A stretch of DNA of 64,000 bases from Podarcis muralis (taxonomy: Eukaryota). Shown here one piece after another: positions 1-12,634 of the stretch; positions within the stretch are counted from its first letter, which is position 1; every line of letters starts with the position of its first letter. The position numbers and the translations under genes were made by a program. The stretch lies in assembly GCF_964188315.1 (NCBI RefSeq), contig NC_135658.1, forward strand, positions 75,454,001 to 75,518,000, in the 5' to 3' direction. The notes under the pieces are model-generated. The model was not told the DNA's origin, did no database searches, and was given only the letters and a program-made list of their open reading frames with translations.

Positions 1-323
1 CACTTTTGGCATATTCCATGTCTAGAAGAAATAATAGCTGACTACCAAGCCCAGCTATGGTCTGAGAACCCTGTTCATGAATCTACTTAGGGTAAGGGTT
101 AATACTTTACATGCCATACAACCATCATGTCTGAAGTCACTGCAGGAGTCTGTGTATTCATCACCATGAATATTCAGAAGGAAATGGCTACTTCCACCTT
201 TTCTGTATAATATGCAATTTTGCCTTGAGTTATATTTGATAGAATTAAATTATTTTAGCTTTGTTTCCTTGTGTGTATGTGTATGTATATGTATATATAT
301 GTATGTGTATAGATAGATAGATA

Positions 324-780
324 CCGTATTTTTCGCCCTATAGGACGCACCGTCCCATAAGGCACACCTAGTTTTTTTGGGGGGGAAATAAAGGGGGAAA
401 AATTATTTCCCCCCCAGGCGCAGGGCTGGGGCGGGGGAGGCCCGAGCTTCCCCCGACCCCAGCCCCCAGGCAGCTCTCTGCAAGCCGTGGGAGCCCAGCG
501 CTGGCTCCCGCTGCTTGCGGAGAGGTCCGCGAAGCCTGGACATGCTGATCTCAGCGCGCACAGACTTAGGCATGCAGGCAACTCTCCACAAGCAGCGGGA
601 GCGCTCCCGCTGCTTGCGGAGAGGTCTGCGAAGCCTGGAGAGCGAGAGGGGTCGGTGCGCACCGACCCCTCTCACTCTCCAGGCTTCAGCAAAAGCCTGC
701 ATTCGCCCCATAGGACGCACCCAGATTTCCCCTTCATTTTTGGAGGCGGAAAAGTGCGTCCTATAGGGCGAAAAATACGG
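324..780. mobile_element. Non-autonomous Tc1/mariner (pogo/Tigger-like) MITE
   Basis: Perfect 27-bp TIRs (ccgtatttttcgccctataggacgcac at 324-350; reverse complement at 754-780), TA on both flanks, internal ~37-bp direct repeat (gctcccgctgcttgcggagaggtc(c/t)gcgaagcctgga, twice). Confidence 0.85.
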
Positions 781-1368
781 TAGATAGATGACTAGGAACT
801 TCTGCTGTAGATTTAATTTTTTAAATTTTTAAATTTGTTCGTCACTTTATCTTGCCCAAGTCAACCCAACGTGACTTACAGCCAAAACAGACAGACAAAA
901 AAACCCCCACAGAGATGCATTAAAACCAGGAGGAAAAAGAACGTTTGTGGAAACAGCAGAACTTCAGAGTAAGACCCTGTTGAAACAAATGCGTCATAGG
1001 TTATTATTATTTATTAAATTTGTATGCCCGCAGGTCTCAGTTTGCATTTGTATGTCACTTTTCACTAACTACCTTAAAAACTGGATGGAAGTGAACACTG
1101 TGTGCTGAGGGTATGGAAAATGTGTAGCTCCCCTCAACAATAATTCTATCTTAAGTGAAGACGACTGAAGTGTATGCAGCAAAGTCACGCAAGGAGTCTC
1201 ATAGTTTGCTGGCACTAATCTTCCTCTTTCAGCCACTGCAGTACATAATACTTCCTTTATCAATTTGATCACCACTAAATGGCCTATTATGGGAAAATGC
1301 AGAAATTGCCACCATGACATATCCACACACAAAAAGCACTATGTCCCCTGCCAATGGAAGACTTTATC

Positions 1369-1370
1369 AG

Positions 1371-1392
<22 letters not shown>
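1369..1392. repeat. (AG)n microsatellite
   Basis: Directly visible. Confidence 0.95.
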
Positions 1393-1402
<10 letters not shown>

Positions 1403-2513
1403 AACGAACAACAAGACAGTGCCATCAAATGGATTTAAACTCATTAACAGTTTAATACCATCTGGGCTACTTAAGATAAGCAAAAGACTAGCTGTTATTT
1501 TCCAACTAAGCAGCCGAGGACAGAAATCAATAAGAAGCAATACAGGGCCAATTTGGGATAAAGCACAAAAAAATACCTTACAAATATGCCCCTGAAAAGC
1601 AAGCATTTAAATCACTACTCAGGATTAACATGTAAATGCTGTATGTAGTAGAGAACAACACTATTTGTACTTTTCCATATAAATTTTCATGTTGCACACA
1701 AATCTTTTGCATCTAACTCTCATTATCACACATATTGTTTCATGTCTTACTGTGTTTTCATTTATTGGAAGATGCCCAGAGTGGCTGGGGAAACCCAGTC
1801 AGATGGGCGGCATAAAATTATTTTTATTTTTATTATTTCAGAAAAAAGGGGTCCACTTCTCACCACCTGGAACCTTCAACCCAAGATCACATGGCCCAGT
1901 GTTAGCAAATGGGAGCAAGGAAGAGTCAAAGTGTTCATTCTGTAGCAACTTGCCAAATGACAACTTTTTTAGATATGGCAATTTCTAAAGGTATATATTG
2001 GTTGCCAGCTAGACAAGTTCTTTCTCTTTGCAGATATACAGTTGCATTGAAGATGTATACTGCTTTATACCTATCTTTCATGTAGACAAGCTGTTACTTG
2101 TTCTAAAATCAACAAACACAATGAAAAAAAGCAGGCAGGGGGAAAGGAATGGAAATTCAGGAGATTTGTATTATTTCTTTCAACTTTTTCTAAGCTGCAC
2201 AAACCTCAATTGCTGCACAGCATATTTGATTCGTTTACCTTAAGGAAAGAAAGTCATGGAAAAATACGCATTTTCAACAAGCATAATTCAGGTAATTTTT
2301 CCAACATGTGATTTATAAGTGGGAAAGCACGTTGTTAAAGGAAAAGCATTTTCATTTACTAATTATTTATACTGCACATTGTAGTATTCTGTAATGTTTG
2401 TAGAAAAGACAAGCAGCAGCAGCATATAAAAATAATTCTCTGGATGTTAACACTGCCAGTTTTTCTTGTTCCAGAATGTGCATCAGTAAAAAGAAAAAGA
2501 TATATGAACTTAC

Positions 2514-2613
2514 CATCAGGATTTTTGAAGGTCAATGTGATGAACTTGCTAGCAACCATGAACATGAATACAACCCAAAAGCATGCAGCTAACAGCAGCC
2601 ACTGGCGGTGCAT
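2514..2613 (-). CDS. CHST10: Carbohydrate sulfotransferase 10 (HNK-1 sulfotransferase), first coding exon; rest of the gene presumably left of the window
   Basis: Translates MHRQWLLLAACFWVVFMFMVASKFITLTFKNPD(G), the recognisable CHST10 N-terminus/TM anchor. Phase-1 donor G|gtaagt at 2513. Probable acceptor ...gagcagcag|GAACC with exon start at 2651. Neighbours NMS and PDCL3 fit vertebrate synteny. Confidence 0.95.
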
Positions 2614-4534
2614 GATGTTTCAGATATGATCCATATAACGTCCGTTGGTTCCTGCTGCTCTTCCAAAACGAAACAAAAATAAAAATAAAAATGTTCTTAT
2701 GAGTTTCTATGCTGCCTGTCTATCTGTAACAGATCCAAAGCAGCTATAAAACAAGAATAAAACATTTAAATGCATCGTAAACAAGCAAGTATCAATTTTC
2801 ACATGTACTTTTTTTATTTTCTAAGAAGTAGCCTCTTCTATAACTAAAGAAGCATCTCCTTCCATTGCAGTCTACTCCAGTAAGCGGATTAACATAACAG
2901 CCCTTGAACTACCCTCAGCTATAGAATTACTAGAATTCATCATTTTACACAGCTATCTTCAAAAAGAGATTGCCTCCCACATGCTAATTCCGGTACAAAT
3001 ACATACACACTAAAGGTGAAATGTTGACATTAAGAGAGGTGGCTGGCAGATCCACACCTCCAAGCTATAGGAAGTGGCCTGCCAGCCCCAGGCAGCTTTA
3101 TCTTCTGATCTAATGCTAAAACTCTTTGTCTGTTCTGTAGATGGAGATCTCTAAAGAGCAGAGAGAGCACTTTATCTACCAAATCAGGAGATAAAGAGAT
3201 TCCTCCAGCTGCCATTGAGCGGAGGATTTCTAAAGAGCAGCCAGAAGGGTCTTTTTCTATGTACCATCAGCAAATTATCTGTGCAAAGCAAAAGGCAGCA
3301 TTTTGAGACACCCCACTGCTGGAGTGGGAATGCTGACTGTAATTGTGTGTGTGCCTGTGTGCAAGAGTGTTATATTTAAATGCTTGCTTGCACGTTGTTC
3401 GACAGTGTATGTGCGGTGACTCTGTGTGCGCCGCATGTGGGCAATGCACATGTGTAGTGAGCGTGCATGCATGTGCGCGTACACGCATGGTCCACATCCG
3501 TTGTTGGCGTACGGTCCTCAGAGGGGTAGCTGTCAATGTGGCCGTAGGGCTGGAAAATGTTAGCCACCCATGCATTAAAATAACAAGAAAACTATGCAGA
3601 AACGGATGGAACTGTAAAAGACAATAGCCCAGTCTGCACATCATTAAACCATAGTTAAATGTTTAACTATAGTTTCCCATGAACCAATAGCATGCTTCTG
3701 CGCACTGCTCAGGATTCCCCACTGCTCAATGCCACAGCTCACCACAAGCAGCAAACCACAAGCCAAGAAACCCACAAGGTTTGTTCCCTATGTTTCGAGA
3801 AACTAAGGCCAACTTGAAAGCTATTACCAAGTTACCCCCATTAACATTACTGACTTCAGTTGATGCAGCCTCAAGTATAAAGTGCAAAGAATGGATCAGC
3901 CACTTTCACTGGTTGCGCATGCAGAGATGGCCTCAGCCTGGGAAACAATGGAAGGAATTTCTTTAAACAGGAGGTACAGACAGGTGTGGCAAATTGCCCA
4001 CCTGGGAAGGTTAACCCATGTTATGAAGGGACCAAAGGAAATATGACAAATATGGATTGGCACAATTGTATTGTGCACACAAATCAAAGAGAACACGGGT
4101 ATCCGGGTATATAAAGCTTTTGCTGTCCCAAAATAAGACTTGTCACTATTTCTGACATTTTGGTTGCTCCTAATAAAGGCTGCACAATTGTGGATGTTGG
4201 AGCAATTAAGCAACGAGTCTCAAAATCATTTCAACAGATTACATAAGGTAAATATTAAATGGACTATATTCTGTGGTTGTTGGTGTGTTGTTGTTGTTTT
4301 TTTTAAATGAGCTTGCAGACTTTTTAGAGGAATGTACCCTTGTTCAGAATGGATAGTTTTGTCAGTGTAAAATAAAAGTTAGTAGAGGAACCGTGCTAAT
4401 CTGCAGTACCAAGAGGACAAATAGAACGAAGATGGAGATTAACCTGTTTGTTGGGAAAACTGTGCATTTTTGTAACATTTGATTCAGCTATGCAAGGCTT
4501 TCCCCCTTATACGCAAAGGCCTGTTAAAACTGCC

Positions 4535-4620
4535 TTAAACATCTGATGAAGTGGGCAGTAGCCTATGAAAGCTCAGCCATGCCACAATAAGCCAGTTATT
4601 CTCCAAGATGCCACAGCACT
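4535..4620 (+). mobile_element. Degenerate Penelope-like element terminal fragment with hammerhead-like core
   Basis: catCTGATGAagtgggc-agta-gcctatGAAAgctc...atgccacaataag...gatgccacag resembles the reptile PLE terminal motif as I remember it. Confidence 0.5.
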
Positions 4621-5559
4621 TTTTGTACAAGCTTTTAAGAATCACGCTTGAGCACATTTGCGGAAGCCATGAACAAGACAGCATCACAGAAGTCTGGACC
4701 GGAGTTCTCTTTCAAGCTTCTGAAAATGCTCTTGCCAGTCTTAAATTGGTGCCAGTCTAAGACAGAACAAACAATTGCGTCCCCTGCATACATAAAATTC
4801 TAACAAAACAAACCATTCACAGAAGTTCTACTAAATATATCTAGACCACAAAAAGTGGATTTTATGTAATTTTTAAAAAAATAAAAATCTTCGGAATTGT
4901 ACTGAGCCTACAAAGCAATACATTGTTCTCAATGCTGCCACAACTCAACACGTTTGGGAAAGCATGCTGCAGGTACACAATTCTGCACTGTAGAATATAC
5001 ATATATGCATGCATGCACATATATTTAAACCCCAAGTACGCACATCTGGTGACTCTGGGCCAGAGCCAGATGTACACAGACATATCCCTCCACCTATCAC
5101 GTGTGTGCTGGAAGAAACACCAGTGTAAAATCTGCACACACGTGCATCAGCTGTGTGACGTATGGAGCTGCCTTCAACTCTTCCTAGTTTAAGACAGGAA
5201 TCCTGATGTCTTTCATTAAATTTCTGGCCAAGTTTGCCCTTACTTCCTGCTACGCTCAGTAGGATGATCTGAATGCAGACAAGAGTAAGGAACCCAGAAA
5301 CAAACATATTGCTTTTATTTGCTGGGTCTCAAAAAATACATTAAACCATGACCTAGATTACACATCTCCCTTCATGCAATATTTTATTTAAAGTAACAGG
5401 GTCCAGCGAGACAGACTGCTTTCTTTCCCCTGAGCTCATTCTTATAGGATTGTGGAATCATAAAGAGAGAAATATTTGACCCACTTAAACTTTTCAGCAT
5501 CTGCAATTATAAAAATACACTTGGTTGGGCACCATGATATCACATATACACCTAGGTTC

Positions 5560-5714
5560 TCCTCTCCATTTCATCTTCACAACAACTCTGTGAGGTAGGC
5601 CAGACAGGGAAAGTGATTGGCCCAAAGTCACCCAGTGAGCTTCATAACTGAGTGGGGACATGAATTGCTGTCCCCCAAGTCCTAGTTCAAAACTCTAATC
5701 ATTATACCACACTG
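5560..5714 (-). mobile_element. Old tRNA-derived (MIR/Squam2-like) SINE remnant
   Basis: Minus strand begins cagtgtggtataatgattagag (A-box-like) and continues ...gaagctcactgggtgactttgggccaatcac; same family as 48254-48400. Confidence 0.55.
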
Positions 5715-6039
5715 AAGAAACTCTGGGTCAAACTCCGAGTTGGATAACATTTTCAGCCTATGAGGGAGGCAAATTCCCTCATAGCCAAATTTATGGGAGC
5801 CACATAGTTTGAAGGGGGGGGTATTGTTCGGCATTTTTGTGTTTTTTATACTGTAAACTGCCCTGTGATCCTTGGATGAAGGGCAGTATATAAATTTAAT
5901 TAATAAATAACAGATGTGAGTGTACAAGGTGGAAAAGTCTTGCTCATGGTTTGCATGAGACAAACCATGAGCCTGGGTTTGCACATAATGCTGAAACAAA
6001 CCATGGCTTAGATCTATGGCACAGTAACAGCAGGGCTAT

Positions 6040-6404
6040 GGGGACGCAGGTGGTGCTGTGGGTAAAAGCCTCAGCGCCTAGGGCTTGCCGATCGAAAGGT
6101 CGGCGGTTCGAATCCCTGCAGCGGGGTGCGCTCCCGTTGCTCGGTCCCAGCGCCTGCCAACCTAGCAGTTCGAAAGCACCTCCGGGTGCAAGTAGATAAA
6201 TAGGGACCGCTTACTGGCGGGAAGGTAAACGGCGTTTCCGTGTGCTGCGCTGGCTCGCCAGATGCGGCTTTGTCACGCTGGCCACGTGACCTGGAAGTGT
6301 CTCCGGACAGCGCTGGCCCCCAGCCTCTAGAGTGAGATGGGCGCACAACCCTAGAGTCTGTCAAGACTGGCCCGTACGGGCAGGGGTACCTTTACCTTTA
6401 CCTT
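6040..6404 (+). mobile_element. Sauria SINE, full length
   Basis: gggacgcaggtggtgctgtgggtaaa head with B-box ggttcgaatccc, (ACCTTT)n tail, 13-bp TSD taacagcagggct (6025-6037 / 6405-6417). Confidence 0.93.
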
Positions 6405-9400
6405 TAACAGCAGGGCTGATGGAAGAAAGAAGAAGCCATGATTTTCATTCCAGGGTTCTGCACATTTGGCTGTTCTCTCCAGCTCAGTGTTAACATGTCA
6501 ACAAGGCCTTTTAGCCGTCTGACCCTTAGTAAGCATGGCTCATGGTTCCTTCCCATCAAACTAAGCTAGTGCAAGGAAGAACTCTTTCTTTCTGCCAGTA
6601 CTCACAATCCCAAAGCAGCCCAGCATCACACTTTGAGAAAGCAGCTGCTACAGATAAGTGTGGATTGCTCCTGACTCATTAAATGATGAAGGGATCCTAA
6701 AGGATTTAGATGCATCGACCTCAGATGAAAAGTTGAAATCTGACACTTGTCTAGTCCACTGCTTCCCTAATTACTAAGTGAAATATGAAAATGGGAATCC
6801 CCAACCCACTCAAAACACAGGATACAAAGGCCGTCTCACAAAAACAGCAGCAGATAACCTAGTTTTGGGATTCTGTAGCAGAGAATAAGCTAAGGCAAAA
6901 ATGAAGTTGAATTCTTAACAATGGGGCGGGGGGAGTGGCAGAAGATGGCAGTAGCAGCCAAGAACATGAATTTAAAAAGTCATATACATGTGAGATTTCA
7001 CCATTTGCACACTGTAACAATTGTCAAATTGTAAGGAAGTTATATGGCATCTATGAACATTACACTTGTAGACTGCAAGTTGCATTTTATAATATAATCA
7101 TGCTCATAAAACTAATAGCAAGTCATACAAATGGGCAAGGTTACCGGTAAGTAAGGAAACAGAGTGTAGCTATAAAACTGCAATACTGCATTCTGCAAAA
7201 GTAGATGTTTAAGGCTTCCCACCCCCCAGCATAAAATCTGCACCATATGTCCAATATTTTCAATTCTACAATTGGTATAAGACACACACCAATTTAATGC
7301 AATTTGCACACATTGATATGGAGCATGAATCTCCATTAAATGTGTTCCCATTAATTGGTGTTCTAGACCAAGTAGAGAACTGAAGCTGTGGGTCTATGGT
7401 GAAGAGATCATAGTGTGAATTCAGCAAGTTCTTTCTACATACACAAACATGTAAATAAAACATTCAGAAATCCTAGTTATTGCAAATAGCATTTTTTATT
7501 TCACTCTATTCCACTGAATCCTCAGTGCTCACCTCTCTGTGGTTTGACATCTTCCTAATATATTCAAGGAGGTTGCTTTGTTTACAGGGCACTGGGTCTT
7601 ACTCCTATAGCATTATAGGATTGCACACTTTGGCAGCAATCTTAACCTCACTTACCCGGAAGTAATTGCCACTGATTTCATTGGGAGATGTATCCATTAC
7701 AAGCAGCACACAAGGGTAAAAACCATTCCCAAGCCCTCCATCAGCCCCACCAGGCATGACCAATTGTCAGGGATGATAGAAGCCGTAGCCCAACATCTGG
7801 ATATTCATAGGTTCCCCATTCCTGCTCTTATTTGTCCCAAACACCTGGCACTGACAGGTCCCTTAACATGGAAGGTTGTTGATAGATAGCAGACACCAAT
7901 TTATCTTTTTTCTATGACTTTGTCGAATATTTTAGATGGTAATCGCTACATCTGGACTCCAGATTGCCTTTTAAGCAGGTGGCAGTCAAACAAAAAACCA
8001 CAGGCAGATGTTTGCTTCTCATCAACATCAGACCTAGCACCCCCTGATAACCAGCTCATAAACTTCATTTTTTAATTGGCCTCTCTGCTCCAAAATTCCT
8101 TCCCTATACATAGTGAATTTCAGCTTCAAACCTATTCTGTCACCTTCCCTGGCAGGTACTCGTTGCTCACCATCGAGACCCAGGCTGAGAATAAACTAAG
8201 GTTAAGAGCAGCTGCTATCTCTTCATTTTATACATAAAAAAGCAAACCTATAAAGATAACAACCTGTATAAAACTAGGCAGATCACATTTCTGAGCTCTC
8301 ATAAATGTTATTTGTTTGTTCAAGATGGTCATATTCTACCTACCTGTAAGTGAAATGCAAGCAAAGGGTAAACAAATGTCATAAAATAATTAAATTTTAC
8401 TGCAGCGTTGTCTTACGTTTTCCAAAGCTGTGGTCTTGTGCACATTTATCTGGGGGGTAAACCCCACTGAACAGGAAATGGGACTTACTTCTGAGTAAAC
8501 ATGCATAGGTTTGCACCGTCTCCAAGCCTGCATTAGCAAATGGCCTTTAGGTTTCTTTCTGAAAAACAACTGAGAGGTGTGTTCTTTTACCTTCTCCAGT
8601 TCATGTCAAGCGCTTGGGCACACAGCTGAAAGAACCTAGATCCTTACGGCCACAATCCCCATCTCATCAGACGAAATCATGCTCAAAAACTCCCTAGCCA
8701 AAAGTTCTTAACAGGAGGTGAAGGGCCTTTAGGCCAGTTCAGATATCACTTGTACAACTGATGCTAGGGGTTACCTGCTCCTGAAAGGTAGCAGTCTGGC
8801 ACCTGCACATGGCTCACCACTGCATCCAATTAATTTCTGTGTCTTATCATGCATTATGTCAAGATGCTTCCATTCAACTGCTTTAAACTGTCTGCCGGTC
8901 AATTTCATTGGATGAGGCGCCAAGTTCCAGAACTGTAGAAGAGGAAAATGTCCACCTAGATATCCTGCACACGCCACTCACGCCTTCACGTTTGTTTTGC
9001 CTCCTTAAGAAAGATAACCCTCCTCTAACCCGCTGACCATTTCAAGTGACAGTCCTAAACATACTTAGGAGGCAGAATGCCCCACTGAAAAACCATGTGA
9101 CCTTTCTATAGGATTCAGCTACTCACTGCTCTTTTCAGTCGGGTTGACAAAATTGCTCACAGTGGCTGTGCTAAACATATTTAGATAAAATGACAATACG
9201 ACGCTAACAGTTTTATTTCCAAACCCCTTCCTAACAATTGCCTGAATCTTTATTTATTTGTTTATTTATTTATACACACTACTGCAGAAAACTGGGGAGG
9301 CAAATGCAGTGCACCTTCCCCCAAGACATCAAGATCTCTTTCCTGAAATTGTCGTCCCTCACCTCCAAGGAATCCACCCGCTGTTCTCTTGCCCAGTCAA

Positions 9401-9679
9401 CCAAGTTGGAGGGGGGAGGAATCCTTCTGCACATACAGGAAAATACACCAGTGCTCCATCTTCTACCTCACAATTTTAGACCGTATATACGGATTAAAGA
9501 CACCTAATCAAAAGTACCTTCCTTGTGGGGGATTTTGTGAAAACACTGACTAGGGTCTCACTACACCTAGGGGGCTGTGGCTCAGGGATGCTGGGAATGT
9601 CCCCTTCCTGAAATCCTATACTGTACAGCTCAATGGACCACCGCTCTGACAGCTGCCCATACCCTGGTTGAAAACAAAC

Positions 9680-10640
9680 AGACCCGCCCCCCTGTTAACA
9701 AACGCGGCTTGAAAAGCCAGGTACTTACTCCGGGGGGGGGGGGGGAGAGGGCCCGGGGCTACTCGTCGAAACAGCCAGCCCCTCTCGGGGTGGGGCAGAG
9801 TCCTTCGCTCCCTCCCGGGGAAGAGGGCCAAGGGCCGGGGCTCCTGTGGTGGAAGATGCGTCCTTCCTTGCAAAAGCCGGTGCTCACCCTTTTGCATCCC
9901 AGCTGAGGCCACTGCTGCAAGCAAGCGGCCGGCCGGGCGCGCCGTCTCCACCGCCGCCCTCTTCTCCTCCCCAAAGGGAAAGGCGGCTCCCCCCCCCCCC
10001 CGCGGGACCTGAGTCGCTCAGCGACCCGCCGCCGCGTTCCTCTCTTGCATTGCTCGCCTACAGCTCCGCTCCTCCCACAGACCCGCCACCAGGCCCTGCT
10101 GGTGCAGCAGCAGCGCGAGCCGGGGAAAGCGTCTCCCCTCAGCAGGCGACGCAGACGCGCAGCCCGGGCTGCAGCTGCATCGCCTTCTTTGCTTGCTTCT
10201 CCCCCCCCCCCCCGGCTCTGATATATAGATATAGATATATTATTGCCTCCGCAGCTGCAAACAGCAGTAGGACCGTGTATTCTCCTCAGCTTCCGCTGCC
10301 CGGTCCTGCTGCAGCAGCAGCAGCGTCCGCAGCCTCTTCCTCCATGTTTGCGCGCCGCCTCGGAGGTGGCGCCGTCGCGGCGCGCAAGCTGCGCTGCCTT
10401 CCCTAAGCTGGCGGGCAACAGAGGAGGCGGGAGGAAAGGGGGAAAGGAGGTGGGGAGAGGCGTGAGGGCCCGGGGTGAAGGAAGAGCACCTCCTGGGCAC
10501 GACGCTGACTCAGCCCCCCCCCCCCAGGGGGCGGCCGAGGGAGGGTGCAAAGGAAGCCTCGCCCGCCACGGCGAACAGGCCAATTGCATGTGAGTCTTGC
10601 ACGTATGGTGAGCCGCGCAAGGAGCAATCTTCTGTACGCG
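9680..10640 (-). promoter_or_regulatory. CHST10: CpG island: CHST10 promoter and non-coding exon 1
   Basis: Very GC/CpG-rich, 7 kb upstream of the CHST10 ATG exon. Strong minus-strand donor GGA|gtaagt (exon end 9729). TSS cannot be located from sequence. Confidence 0.75.
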
Positions 10641-11742
10641 GTGAATGGTAGAAGGGAATCTCGTATGAAACTTCAGAATGATTAAAATCTATGCAGGTTT
10701 CAGCAGTCAAAACGGCCGTAACAACAAAGCTAGTCACGCTTCAGAGACAGCGTGGTTGAAAAGGAATGTTTTTAGCAGAAAATATATTGCATTTTCTGGG
10801 TAATTAAGTGAGCTTTGGGTAAGGAATGCTTATGCACAGGCACAGGTACAGGGCAGTCCTGTGCATGGCTACTCAAAAGTAGGTCCCATTGAGTTCAATG
10901 AGACTTCCAGGTAAATGGATGTAGGACCTACCGCAGAACAAATACAGATAAAGGGCATTTGTGCGTTTCTCCTGTGAAGCGCCACACCTAACAGCAAACT
11001 CTAGTATGCAAAAGTACATCCCCCGAGAAGTATTTTAAGGTGCCGAAATACTTTTGGTCAGGTTGCAAGACTAGGTGAGACACTGGCCTAATCCAGCAAC
11101 CAGGTTCTTAAGGAGATCTGTTGTGATAGCAGAGCATCAGTGCCTAGGAGCAGTCTACCTCTGAATACAAGGTGATCGGAAACAACAGCTAGAAAGTGCT
11201 TTTGCACTCATGTCCTGCTTGTGGGCTTCGCCTCCATTATGGGCTGAGTGACTGCCATCTGTTTGGCCCCAGTCCCTTGCCCCAGAGGACTTCAGTGGGC
11301 CCTGCAGCCTACTAGGCAGAGATGGAAGGGAGAGGGCACTTTGGGAGCCCCTTGGGGCTATGAAGTGCAACGTAAATATTCCAAAGAAATGAATAAATAA
11401 AACTGAGGTTCATATGGGTAGCTCAGAGACCCTCCTAGCATAGGCCAACAGCAAGTGGAAGCTGCTGTTTGCCTGCTGTCTCTCCTACCAATTTTCCATG
11501 ACAGGTTCTGTGGGAGAACAGAGCATCTTAGAATCAGGGGGCTGGTCAAGTCAAAGAGGTAGGCCACTGCCACCCACAATCAAAAAGAGATCCCTTCCTT
11601 GGTCTCCTTAGCCTTTCCAAATGGGCCATGTCCTCCTGCCAGGTGGTCCATCCCCAAATCTAAGCTCTGCCTCAGAGACTCTCCTCTAACTTCTCTGCCT
11701 TTGCTGACTCTTTGTCTTCTCCCTGCAAAGCTGTCCTCAGAT

Positions 11743-12130
11743 CAGGGGCATCTTACCCATAGAGGCTAGTGGTGCGGGGCGCCGGGGTGACAAGTTCTGG
11801 AGGGCACCAGGGAAAAGGTGGACGCTGGACACGGCACCTCCCGGCATCAGCTCGCTGCCCTCACCCGCCTCTGCCATGCCACACCGAAGCAGTGCCACGC
11901 CTGGAGCCTCCGTCTGCCATGGCCACCGCGGCACGAAGCAGCCAGCTGAGCCGGGAGGCGCCGTGTCCAACCTCTGCCTCATCCCCGCCATAGGAGCCGC
12001 CCTCCAGCTACTTCCCGCCTCCTCCAGCCCCACCGGCAGTGCCGTCCTCCCTAAAAAACTCTGGGAGACGGGGGGGTGGCGTGGGAGGGAGCTTTGTACC
12101 ATGGCACTGGATATGCTTAAGAGAGCCCTG
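11743..12130. mobile_element. hAT-type non-autonomous DNA transposon
   Basis: cagggg... / ...agccctg ends with an exact 8-bp TSD cctcagat (11735-11742 / 12131-12138). Confidence 0.8.
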
Positions 12131-12283
12131 CCTCAGATAAAACAGTCAATCATCAGGAGAAGAGTAGGGTTCCTCACATTTGGGGCTGGCCTCACTGAGG
12201 AGACCCCCAAACAGCAAATTCAGATGCTCCTCTAAGTCCTGTTTTCATCCAAGTGGGTCCATGGAGAGCTGTGGATATGGCTA

Positions 12284-12634
12284 AAGGTAATTGGACCCCT
12301 GACCATTAGGTCCAGTTGTGACCGACTCTGGGGTTGCGGCGCTCATCTCGCTTTATTGGCCAAGGGAGCCGGCATACAGCTTCCGGGTCATGTGGCCAGC
12401 ATGACTAAGCCGCTTCTGGCAAACCAGAGCAGCACACGGAAACGCCGTTTACCTTCCTGCTGAAGCGATACCTATTTATCTACTTGCACTGTGTTGCTTT
12501 CAAACTGCTAGGTTGGCAGGAGCAGGCACTGAGCAACGGGAGCTCACCCCGTCGCGGGGATTTGAACCGCCGACCTTCTGATCAGCAAGTCCTAAGGCTC
12601 TGTGGTTTAACCCACAGTGCCACCCGCGTCCCTT
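12284..12634 (-). mobile_element. Sauria SINE, full length
   Basis: Reverse-complement head (...cacccgcgtccc) and tail; 14-bp TSD tgtggatatggcta (12270-12283 / 12635-12648). Confidence 0.93.

Noticed and set aside
1069-1332. Minus-strand ORF with an acceptor-like tag|GC as a possible next CHST10 exon
   Set aside because: Translation does not convincingly match CHST10 residues ~34-64, and length and end phase do not fit; the next exon is probably left of the window.
3340-3500. TG/CA-rich alternating purine-pyrimidine tract
   Set aside because: Degenerate simple repeat; Z-DNA potential is generic and nothing else supports a function.
8592-8626. Possible 35-nt non-coding CHST10 exon (minus; ttctttcag|...GAAG|gtaaaa)
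   Set aside because: Splice-like ends only; cannot be supported without transcripts.
9759-10627. Long ORFs (276, 186, 116 aa) over the CHST10 CpG island
   Set aside because: Low-complexity Gly/Arg/Pro/Ala frames on both strands, as expected from stop-poor GC-rich DNA; no recognisable domain.
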